Source: Chrysomallon squamiferum
Lineage: Eukaryota > Animalia > Mollusca
Assembly: GCA_012295275.1 (NCBI GenBank)
Contig: CM022669.1
Location: forward strand, 434,001-498,000
DNA length: 64,000 bases
Reading direction: 5' to 3'
Below are positions 31,301 to 42,444 of the stretch, piece by piece. A program made the position numbers and the translations under genes. The first letter of the stretch is position 1; each line of letters starts with the position of its first letter. The notes beneath the pieces were generated by a model, which was given only the letters and a program-made list of their open reading frames with translations, was not told the origin of the DNA and made no database searches.

Positions 31301-34300
31301 AGATGCTGAAGAAGAGTAATGTATAAACAACTGATCTTAAATCAAAAAATTTAAATTACTAGTCCAGTACCTTCAATTCAGCTTTTTTCAAATCTTCAGC
31401 CAGTGACTGACAGAGTTCTCTGCACTTGTCAAACAGATCAGCAGGTTTGTTTATTTCTGAAAAAGTCCTTTAAAAACAATTACACCCTGTTAGAAATGTT
31501 ACAATTTCTATTTTAATCCCAAATAATATTTTATTATGTTGACAGACCCACTGAATCTGCCAGTCAGTCACAATGTTCTGTATGTCAGTGCAGTTTACAA
31601 CTTGTTTAATAAACCAGTCAGTCACAATGTTCTGTATGTCAGTGCAGTCTTACAACTTGTTTAATAAACCAGTCAGTCACAGTGTTCTGTATGTCAGTGC
31701 AGTTACAACTTGTTTAATAAACCAGTCAGTTGTCATTTGTTATTGATTTGTCTGTTATTTGAAGTTGCTGAACTGACAAATGTAAACAAAAACAAAAAAT
31801 CAATCAAAGGTAAATGATCTAATATATGGATAGTTATCTAATGTCCAACTAAAATTGATACTAGATCAAGAATGGCAACATAATAAATAAGTTAATGATA
31901 TGCAGTCATGTCATAACAAAAATATAACTGTATGTAGCAACCTATTTTTTACTGGGAAACTCAAGAGGATAGTTTCTAGAAATATTCCTAGAAATTCTGA
32001 ATTTAAAAAATGTCTGATTTAAGATAAATGACTCTATTAAAGCTAATTGTGTCTTAAATAATCCAAGTTTTTACAATTTTTTTTACTTCACTCTCTCAGG
32101 TTTGGTTAAGGTTTGTATGTTACAAAAATCGTGTTGCATCTGATCAATATTTTAAGAAATATCACATTCAAAGGTTGAATTACTGGTAAATAAATCTTCA
32201 GACTTTATGGATCGAACATAATAAATTTGATTTGACTGGAAAGGAAACTGGCAAAACATTCTAAATCTTCATCATCATTATAATTACTTTTTAAATACTG
32301 CGCCTTGACCTTGACTTCACATCTATCTACCCAGCAAAAAGGAACACAATATAAAGTTACAGCAAAATGTGAGGGACTGGGTCAAAACCTGCTGAGTAAA
32401 CTGAAATGTTATGATCCAGTATGGAGTTTACCTTTCAGTACTCATACTTTTACGTTCTCCATCTCTGAAAATAAACAAAGACATGAAATAGAAACATGTA
32501 TTTAAATATTCCAAAGGAACAAAACAAAGTGTCTATGAAACTGCAAGATAGGAATATTTGTTGTCACTGTTTTGTTAGCAGAGACAAGTAAGTAGGAGTG
32601 TGTTATTTCTTTACCTTTTTTTATACATGATATAGTGCAAATTTCAGTGAGTAAAACTATAAATATTTTGAAATTTTACAATATGAAAAATAAAAGACTT
32701 AACCAGTTAAGGAAGTAATTAAATAATTAATCATTTATAATGTCTTTTTAATCTACCAAATATGCACAGCCAATAAAAATTTAAAAAAAAAAAATAATAA
32801 TAATAATAAATAATTAAAAAAATATTTTAAAAAGATAAAAATAATAATAATAAAAAAAACACAACTAGCAAACTGATGAAACAGTCTATTAATTAAGTTC
32901 TCACCTGTTCACTGTGGTGGATCCCAAACCAAGACAGATTCTCATGAAGTAGTTGAATGAAATGGGTGAGTACAGGTGATACAACAGTGCCCTCTTATGG
33001 TACAGATCTTCACAGGATACAACACCAGCAGCATTTAGCATTTTCTCAGTCACTTTGCCAATTCCACAAATCTGATAAAAACAATCACTTGTAATTAAAA
33101 ACTGAAACACACAGGTTTGATATCATAAACTATCAGTTTACAAAGAAATATCTACATCAGGTAAACAACATTTTAAACTTTCATTAAAAAGTTATTTCTT
33201 ACAAATTTTTATTATGCAAGTTATTGCATAAATTATAAACACCTATGTGTTAATCTATCAATTTCTAATAACAAAGTTTTGGATATGTTAATAAATAAAT
33301 AGAGAGAAGTGCGAAATGATTGAGATTTTCGTGGGAATGTTCATATGTGTTCATGATTTTTGTTAAAATATTTAAATTTGTTGAAATTGTTAAAATATTC
33401 TCTGAAAATTTATAAGCTATATGTAACAGAAGAGTTAATTTGAATGCTATAGATATAAAAAATATTTTTAAAAATTACATCATTTGTACATATAGCACAT
33501 TCTTAATTATTATTATTATCCATTTCTTTTTTTTTTCTTTCTTTTTAAACTATAAACATTCAACATTAAAAACAACTAGTCCTTAATAAGGTGTGTACAG
33601 CAGGAACAGAATTGACCTTTCTTATAGGTAACTCTCTGATGAAACTCATGATGGTTTCTCTAGTTGGAGTAATTCTGTACTGTCCATTCGGTTTGTTCTT
33701 GTCAGAACAAACTTTGGCCAGCAACATGTTTGGTGCAATACCTAAAAACAAGAACAAAAAACATATATTAAAACTGAATAAACAGATTTCAACATTATAG
33801 AATTGGATATGTTACTCTTAAATATTTTTCATAAAAATATAAATGATATAAAGTCAAAAACAAAACAAAAAACACAATTTTTAAAGTTTGATAGATTAAT
33901 GATGTTGCCGTGAGACAAAAATCTCTGCATACCCTAAAAGAAATATCTGATTTGGTCATATCACAGGAATTCCTGAACTGAGAGACAAAATGCAGAATTA
34001 TCACATTTATGTTTGTAAAATGTTGGTTCACACTGATTATGAATTTTGTTTTCTTTTTTCAACACAAAACATTATGACACTGTAAATCACTTATTAGTTT
34101 AAGTCAGAACACATATTTCAACATTTCAGAGGCTTGTTGAACTGTGATCTCATCATTTGTCTCAGATCACTTTATTCCATAGCAGAGGAAAAAACAACAA
34201 CACAACAATTCATTCACATTCAATCTAATGAGTATTTTATAAATATTTTCAATCCATTATCTTTTTTTGCTTCTTAATTTCTTTAACAGTCCTTTGTTTA

Positions 34301-37300
34301 TTCTTGAATAAAGAGTTCCTGTCTAGAAAAAGAGAGTAAGTAAGTAAACAAATAAATGTCTGAATTAAAAAGGATGACTTGTAAGAGTTACCTGCACTTG
34401 CTGTCAGTCGTGTCCTCTGCTCAATGCGACATCGCATTTCACTAACAGCGCCCTCTACTGTCACGTCAAACACTTTCAGTTCAAAAGGAGGATACAGCTT
34501 TCCACACTGCTGACAAACCAGATTACTTCCCTTCTCATACATGGCTCTCTTTTCCGGAACACCTCCTGAATCCAAGGTTATCTCACTTGAATCCAGCAGT
34601 AAGTGAGAGAAAGTGTTTAAGTCACACAGACAAACATCCACATCATCTGGCTTGTTTGTTCGACACAGAACTGTTCTATGACTAACAGACATCGTCTGTC
34701 TTTCTTTAATGTGATTTGTGAAATCCAAGTAAGCTTCATCCAAACTAACTGGACAGTAATTTGGGTCGTAGAGAGCAAAGATTTCTCTGACCTGGCTGCT
34801 AACTTCTGTGTACTTTTTAAAGTTTGGACTCACAATGGTCAACTCTGGACACAGTTTCTTTCCTATAAAACCAGGCATTGCAGCTCGCACTCCATATTTC
34901 CTTGCCAAGTAGTTGGATGTAGACTGAATAAAACACACATGATATATTATTATTTATCAAATTTTACGCCATTTCAGAACATTACTTACATGTATGATTT
35001 AAATATAGAAACATGTAAATGTAAAACATAAACGAATATTTTTTTTAGAGTAATAATAATAAAAAATTAGAATAATAAATCAAAAATAAAAAGTTTTACA
35101 TTTTAAAAGAAAATATTTAATATATCTCCTGAAACAGGACATTTGTGATGTGAATGAAACAAACCCACCAACATTGAGTTACTCCCCACAGCAATGGGTT
35201 TGTGTCTGAGTGAAACATCTTCCCTCATCTCAACAGCAGCGTAGTATGCATCCATGTCAACGTGCACGATAACGTGATCAAGATCTCGAGTCCTCTCCAA
35301 CATTTCTAACAAGTGATCAGCCTTCAAATCACAGAAACACAAGTAAAAACAGTGTGTGTCAAATGACTGGAATTAAATTATTATTTGTTATTGACCTTGA
35401 CCCATGCATTACTGAGTTGTTGCTAATTGAAATGTATTCTTGTTTAATTTAGTAATGGAGTTATAAGTATTAAGCATTTCAGGCTGCAGAGATCAACCTA
35501 ACAGTCTCTGTCTCTAAACTCCGTGGATGATATTGTGTCACATCATTAATTAAAAATACAAGAAATAAATGTAAGTATGTAAATAATAGCAGTTTGAATA
35601 CATCATCATTTAGATAAATCATTATCGTAAGTTCAGCATAATCCTAAATTATAAATTTATCATAGGTTTGTTTTATCAGTAATTTTTTTTCACATAATAA
35701 GCTTGTGTTTTAAAAATATAGATTGAAAAAAGAAAAAAAAAAGAAAACAGGACTTTATTATTAATTAATTTTATCCTGAATTACTTTGTGTGTTTGGTGC
35801 ATAACAAACCTCAATGACTGCTTTCCTCATATCCAGTTCAGATATACTTTTCTGTCTTTCTGTTTGTTCTTTTATTCGTTTATTCAGTTGTTCTTCTTTC
35901 TTTCTTTCATTTATGAAATACTTGGAACCTAAATTACAGAAAAAATATTTAAAAACTGAACAAAATGACATTCAAAGTTTAATTCGGAAAAGCACATTAA
36001 CAATACAATGCATTTCATGTTTATATGGTTCATAAACAACTCATAGATGAAAAATATAATAATAAATTTGGTTATCTTCTTGTAGGTAAATCTCAGAATA
36101 AATCAATGAATGAATGTTTAAAAAGATCCCAGCATGAAAAATACATTGCCTATTGGATGTCAAACTACGGTAGACAAATATGAGCTGACGTCATTTAAAT
36201 TTTAACTTTGAAAGATATTGATGAGACTTTTTTTTTCTTTTTTTTTTTTAAAATGACTTTATTCTAAATGTTTGTTATTTGTGAGTAATCTCAGTTAAAA
36301 CTATACAGCTAAATTACAAACTTGTCACATTGCATTTTTTTTCATTTTTATTTTCATGTTTTTGTAACCATTAACTAAAATTTTGAAAGGCTAACCATTT
36401 ATGATTTATTCTCACTGTCAGGTTTTAATTTTTATATATTTTAAAAAAATTAAAAAAAGAAATGCATAGTTTTACATATATTGAAACTGGTTTACCTTTT
36501 GAAGCTTCATATATAATTTTGTTTATTTTTTCTTTGTCGAGTCCCTCCATGCCAGCTTTGTTGTCATTCAGGTGTAGTCGCGTCAACTGTTGAGTTTTAT
36601 CTGCAGACGACATTTTTGTCTTCTTACTCTGTGTGTCATCACTGAACCCCTCTGTCTGGACACATCTTGATGTATCCTTTCCACTTCCAGTCTTAGTAGA
36701 GTCACCTGAAAAAATAACTGAAATGTAATTACATTTTAAACAGTACCCAATATTAATATAAAAACCTTTCTCTATGGACAGGGCAAAAATTAGACAACCG
36801 ATTTCTGAATTAATGAAGTGACTGGAAACTGTGACAGGAACAGGCATGTACAAAAATACACATTAAAACAAAGATTGTAAATATTTGTATACAAATATAA
36901 ATATAAAGAATTGTAATTATATGAAAAATTCACAAAGATGTTTAATTATTTGTGTAAAGATATATATGTTGTAAAAATACTGTAGAGATGTTTAATTATT
37001 TGTGTAAAGATACTTACACACTGACGCAGATTGTAATTATTTGTGCCGACACAGATTGTAATTATTTGTGTAAAGATAGTTACACACTGATACAGATTGT
37101 AATTATTTGTGTAAAGATAACACATACACACTGAGACAGATTGTAATTATTTGTGTAAAGATACTTACACACTGACACAGATTGTAATTATTTGTGTAAA
37201 TATACTTACACACTGACACAGATTGTAATTATTTGTGTAAAGATACTTACACACTGACACAGATTGTAATTATTTGTGTAAAGATACTTACACACTGATG

Positions 37301-37385
37301 AAATGTCAGGAGCACTCCACTCAGTGTTTGTCCAGTCCTCTTCATCTTGCTCGTCAGAATTCTGTAGTTCAAAATCTGGGTTCAT
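28360..37385 (-). CDS. POLK: DNA polymerase kappa (DinB/Y-family), 977 aa, 12 coding exons
   Basis: Exons 37385-37292, 36705-36496, 35928-35810, 35321-35169, 34923-34392, 33741-33617, 33071-32905, 32464-32432, 31467-31371, 30520-30355, 30115-28969, 28450-28360; 2934 nt, phases consistent. Motifs: N-clasp LNDNKAGMEGLDKEKIN, VHVDMDAYYAAVE, STSNYLARKYGVRAAMPGF, SLDEAYLD, SAGIAPNMLLAKVCSD, RKSMSTERTF, LRLMGVRMS, two UBZ fingers (CPVC..NxHVDxCL), C-terminal PIP-like NIKTFF. Confidence 0.97.
31560..31730. repeat. ~54-bp tandem repeat x3 in a POLK intron
   Basis: CCAGTCAGTCACA(A/G)TGTTCTGTATGTCAGTGCAGT..TACAACTTGTTTAATAAA three times. Confidence 0.9.
36105..36165 (+). repeat. Short dispersed repeat, copy 1
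   Basis: Shares the exact 19-mer CCCAGCATGAAAAATACAT and similar flanks with 52795-52860. Confidence 0.7.
36940..37298. repeat. 41-bp minisatellite containing the donor of POLK coding exon 1
   Basis: Unit ACAGATTGTAATTATTTGTGTAAAGATACTTACACACTGAC, ~8 copies that decay away from the exon. Confidence 0.9.
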
Positions 37386-38078
37386 GTTCTTCTGAAATTA
37401 ACAATTTAGTTCTCTTTATCTGTTTTTGTTATTGAAAACAAAATTCAGCAAGGTACACACATATTAAAACACGAACAGACCTCTGAAGGTTAAATGAAAC
37501 TGAGAATTAACCAGTATAAATGTTTATGTGACTTGATAACCACTGGATATCCCCATTAAATGTGAAATTTAATAATAATAATAATAATAATAAAGCATTC
37601 TATATTAATGACAATTAATTCTTTTCAGTCTTTTTCAAACTGTGTGAAAAACTTCAAGTTCTAAACAACTGTTATAAATGAAAATTATATAAAGCATATT
37701 CTGCTTAACCCTAAAAACACATGTTATTACATTTTAAAAGTAGTTTTCTGAATCATTAACATCTCAGTTCTCAATAGGAGTGCAAAGTACCAGTTAACAG
37801 GTTATAGAATTCCAGAAACAAACATTAACAATTAATTTGCTAAACCTAAAATACAAAATTATCATGTTTATGATGTTATCTGCCAGCAATTTAATTTAAA
37901 ATGCTAATAACTCAATTAAAACACTGTAGACATATTACCCTGACGCACAACTTATACAATGATAAAATTGATACAAAAATATGACAATAAATACTAAAAC
38001 AGAAACTAGAGGAATAAATAAACAATATAAAAATGACGCGAGCTTAATCATTTAATAACAATAACTTGAATAACTCAC

Positions 38079-38665
38079 CGACTTGAATAAGCTATCTAAA
38101 AGTGTCCGCTCGCTCATTAAAATGTTGAATTAAAGATTATTTTATCGGAACTTGTTTCACAACCACATAAAACTACTTGTAAGTTGTAGGGAAACTTGTT
38201 AGGCATGGCTAACATGCAAAATGTGAGCTTACAACATGATACGAACTTGCTGAGTTAGTTTTATATCATAATCAATGCCTACTACTACTAAGCAGCCTGG
38301 GCTATAGAAGTATAGTTTATGCAAGGCTATTGGCTTGCCTTTTTTTATTTATTATTTTTAAGCTTTTTCTTTCATAATTGTAATAAAATTATATAGCACT
38401 AGCAGTGACACCAATAAGAACTCGTAGCAAAATACTGAGTATAATCTCTGCTAACAAGGGATAAATTTAAACTGCAAGATTACCGATTTGGCTAAATTAA
38501 TCTTTTAGTTCGAGCTAATGAATTAATAAATATACATATTATTATACACAGTACGCCAGTGGTTTCGACGTAACGCAAACACGAGAAGCGGTTCAAGTTG
38601 AAATTACCGCTCTTGCGCGGTTTTTACTTCCTTTTTGATGGTTGGGAGAGGAAACGTGGAGTAAG
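38079..38665. promoter_or_regulatory. CpG-rich bidirectional promoter and 5' non-coding exons of POLK (-) and SSR2 (+)
   Basis: Minus-strand donor G|GTGAGT at 38078; plus-strand pyrimidine initiator CTTCCTTTTT at 38627-38636 followed by candidate donors at 38661/38666; CpGs locally abundant inside a CpG-poor domain. Both ATG-containing exons are preceded by acceptors. Confidence 0.6.
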
Positions 38666-39350
38666 GTATTTGCTTGTCTTGCTATTGAATCTGAATATGA
38701 AAATCTGAATGAAAATTTTTTCATATAACTGTGATGTGTAATTCTGTTTACCTCAGCTGTAATATATAAAGGGCTAAGCTACTTATTTTAGTTGTTTATA
38801 ATAAGGTGTTTCATAATTCATTCTGTTTTTGTTATGCTTTTCAAGTTTTGTCGACGTGGCTCTAATTTAATTTTTATTTGTATTTCAATTAAGCTTAATA
38901 CTGATTAATTATCGTGCAGTTGTTATAGTAAAACATGTCCTGTATTTTACATTTAGTGAATTACTGAGCCTTTATAAATGTGTAAGTGAGTAAACTTGTT
39001 ATTAAAATATTTTGTACATAATACTTAATAGTAGTACTAGTAACTAAGCATACTTAGATACTATTAGTATTTTATTCTCTTTATTAATGTTATTATTTTG
39101 TAGTTCTTGGCAAAAACTAAAAGCAAAACAAAACAAAAATCATCTTAATTTATAGCTCATCAAAATGAATTGACTGAGAATCAGTGTTGTGTTAACTGAT
39201 CAAAAACATTTAATGGTTACAACTGTTTCCTAAAGTTAAACTGTAGTGTGAAAATGTTCAGAACATTTTTTTTTTTTTACAATTACAGCATCTGTCTCCA
39301 CTAAGCGATAAAGTGATAAGATAGGCACTTCCTGATTGCATGTGTACCTT

Positions 39351-39463
39351 TGTGTCATATTCTCAGCCATGAAAAGACTAGAAACAGCTGCCACACTTAT
39401 GATGTAATGCATGTTAAATCATTAGATTATATCTGATGTGTGGATGGCTGAGAATATGGCATA
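39351..39463 (+). ncRNA. Putative structured intronic RNA (long hairpin enclosing C/D-box-like motifs)
   Basis: 20-bp stem 39351-39370/39444-39463 with only G-U deviations; inner stem CCACAC/GTGTGG flanks ATGATGT (39399) and CTGA (39433). Confidence 0.35.
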
Positions 39464-40273
39464 TTTCAAATAGAAAAAGAGAAGAACAAAACAAACCTAA
39501 TAAACATCAGTTCTGCAGTCTGCTGTTGGTAATAAAAATAATAAATGCACAACACTATGAGTGACACAAAATGTTATCTACATATAAGTTTTATATATGT
39601 ATATCTTACCAAATCTGGGAAGCATTTCAAATTTAAATGCTAAATCGGTCATAAGATGTATAGAAACATTTATTTAAATCTGTGTTGATTCCATTAGTTT
39701 CAGAAGGTGGTTTGCCTGGAATAAATATTTGTTAAACCTTTCTATTTTGTCTTTGTATCAGTTTTCTCATTTACAGCTTCAGATGTCCTGACATGTTTAT
39801 TCCCAGCTTTTTTGTTTTACTTTTGTCACTCTGAGGTTCTGGATATAAAATAATTTCTAGCTGCAGTATCCAGGCACATGCTGCACAGATTATATACCCT
39901 TTATATATATTCCCAGACTGCTCATAGTGAATTAGACCAAAGAAAGGCTTAACAATGTGCATTACAATAGTTTTAATCAGATGTTTCATACTAGATTTAT
40001 CAGCCTAGCAGTGATCAGCTATTTTATCACACTGACTCCTTTCAACAAATTTCAAGATAACAATTTCTTTTTTAATTTCTTATGGGAATTGCCTAAAACT
40101 GAATGATGTACAGTTACACAGGGAATGCATTGTTATAATAGTTGTTTGCAGCTGAGAATTTGCTTTATTGCTGTTTTTTTTTTTATATCTATATAAATTA
40201 GTATATTATTTTGTTTACTAGTGGTATATAAAATGTTGCCTGGTTTGCTGATAGTTATTTGCTTATTTTAGAT

Positions 40274-42444
40274 ATGAAGATGTGGATATCGGCGTTTGTG
40301 TTGACGTTTCTGCTGTTTACAGTAAACCAGGCTGACGAGGAAACAGAAGCTCGCCTGCTCGCATCAAAATCAATTCTAAACCAGTACTTAGTGGAGGGCA
40401 AGCACCTCTCAGTGGAATACAAGATATACAACATCGGTGGCAGGTTAGATTCTTGTTCTTAACAGACTTAACATCACACAGATACAGAATTCTTTAGTTA
40501 ATAAAATCAGTGAACTGGAAGACAAATATGTGTTGCTGTTTGCATGCATCAGACTGAAATGTAAAAATTTCTTCTTCTTTTTGATTGTAAAACTTTAAAA
40601 AGCTGGGTCAGTATTGTTCTTGTGGAATTCACTCAAAAAAATGTGAAGTTGTCAGGTGACCACAGACCAAGTTGATTGATATCCCAATCACAGTTGATGA
40701 AGTGCCTGAGGTTTTAAACAAGTATGACTGAAATCTTTTTGAGAAAGTAGAAATAATAAAATTATTTAGACAGAAAAAAACCCCTGAAATCCATAAAATA
40801 GCACATTCTGATGTTTATTATTTGTGTATGCAAACAATATATTTGTGTTTGTATTTATTGTGACATTTGTTTTCAGTGCTGCTCGTGAAGTTAACTTGGT
40901 TGACGATGGTTTCCCAGAAGCTGATTTTGAAATTATCAGAGGAAGTCCGCGTGTCCTGGACGAGAATTGCTCCGTATGTTTTATTAACTTTTTAACTTTT
41001 ATAAACTAGTCTGACATTTATCAGATTTGACTTTTACTTTCAGGAGCTATGACTTCTATTCCTGGGTTATTTTCATTTGTTATTCCTCTTTTGAAATTAA
41101 TTTTTTTTTTGTTTCATTCTCTATGTTCTACATATGTCTGGTTTTTGTACTTGTGTTAATCTGACAGTAAAATATTTGTGATTTCTAGAAAATTTTGTTA
41201 TAGCAGAAAGTAATAACAGACTGTATTAAAATTTGACATGTCTTAATCATTTAATTTTATCTTTAGTCTGGTAATTTATTGTTTTTTTTTTAAATTTTAA
41301 ATTATTATTGGGTAGAAAATAAAATGCCTTTCTTTAAGAGTATTTATTATTAAAATGCCTGGTAACTGAACTAACTGATTCATAGGCAGGTTACATAGTG
41401 TTGGCTGTTGCTAGTTAAATAATTTTATTATCTATAACAACCATATTTTCTCTTCTGTATATCATGTTTTAACTTTAACTCACTACAGCAACACTAACGT
41501 CACCCACGCTGTAATACTGCAGCCACGGAAATCTGGTTACTTCAATTTCACTGCAGCAGAGGTGTCATATCTGACAACAGAAGATTCAAAGGAAATACAG
41601 GTATGTGTGAATATTTGTATTATGTATATATAATTACTGTTTTGATCCTTAAACAGTATTATAGATCAAGCTTTTTTACATTTTTTAAACCTAACATGTT
41701 TCTTAAATTGGCCTGAAGATGTTACAGAACTGTAGAAGGAATCAGAACCTCAGCTACTAATAAACATGTATCCTCAGATTTATTTTGCATTTTCTGCATA
41801 CTGAAAGTGAGTTTATTGCAAATCAACAAACAAATGAAAAATTTGAGTTTTAACAGTTTGCTTGTCAATGACAATATTTTTCTTAGCAAAATCCAATGAG
41901 TACTGGAAAGAAATGAGTGGATTTCATTTCATAATTTTGGTATTTCCAACATTTTATGATCAAACAAAAAGTTTCACTGAGAAAGTTAGAGAAACAGTCT
42001 GGTACAATAATGTAAAAAACACACACTTACATACATACAGGCACATCCATATTAATACATCTCAGTGTATAAAAGTCATGTTCATATTCTTTCAGTTTGG
42101 TTACACAAGTGCCCCAGGAGAAGGTGAAATTGTAAACAGGAAGGATTTTGAAAGAAGATTTTCTCCACATGTGGTATTTATTTTAACTTTTTTCTAGACA
42201 CTTATTTTTCGTAATTTTATGTGTTATTTAATTTGCTATTCAGTTACACATTTCTATTATTCATACTGATACTGTGTTTAAAACTGCCATGTTTTCCATT
42301 GCTCTCACAGTTTTCTTGTTTACTTCACAGCTCGACTGGCTGGTGTTTGCAGTGATGACTCTTCCATCTCTTGGGATTCCATTTCTTCTTTGGTTCGGCA
42401 GCAAGAAAAAATACGATTCATCAAAACCTAAAAAGACTCAGTGA
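40274..42444 (+). CDS. SSR2: Translocon-associated protein subunit beta (TRAP-beta), 5 coding exons, apparent 2-nt deletion in coding exon 2
   Basis: Exons 40274-40443, 40877-40973, 41489-41600, 42096-42173, 42331-42444. Signal peptide, [31 protein letters not shown] (shifted frame), [56 protein letters not shown]. Confidence 0.95.

Noticed and set aside
35240-35265. DMDAYY instead of DMDAFY in the POLK active-site motif
   Set aside because: Conservative change; the steric-gate Tyr and catalytic Asp are retained.
39399-39437. SECIS-like ATGA..AAA..TGA pattern
   Set aside because: Intronic, helix II does not pair in the SECIS register, and SSR2 has no in-frame TGA needing recoding.
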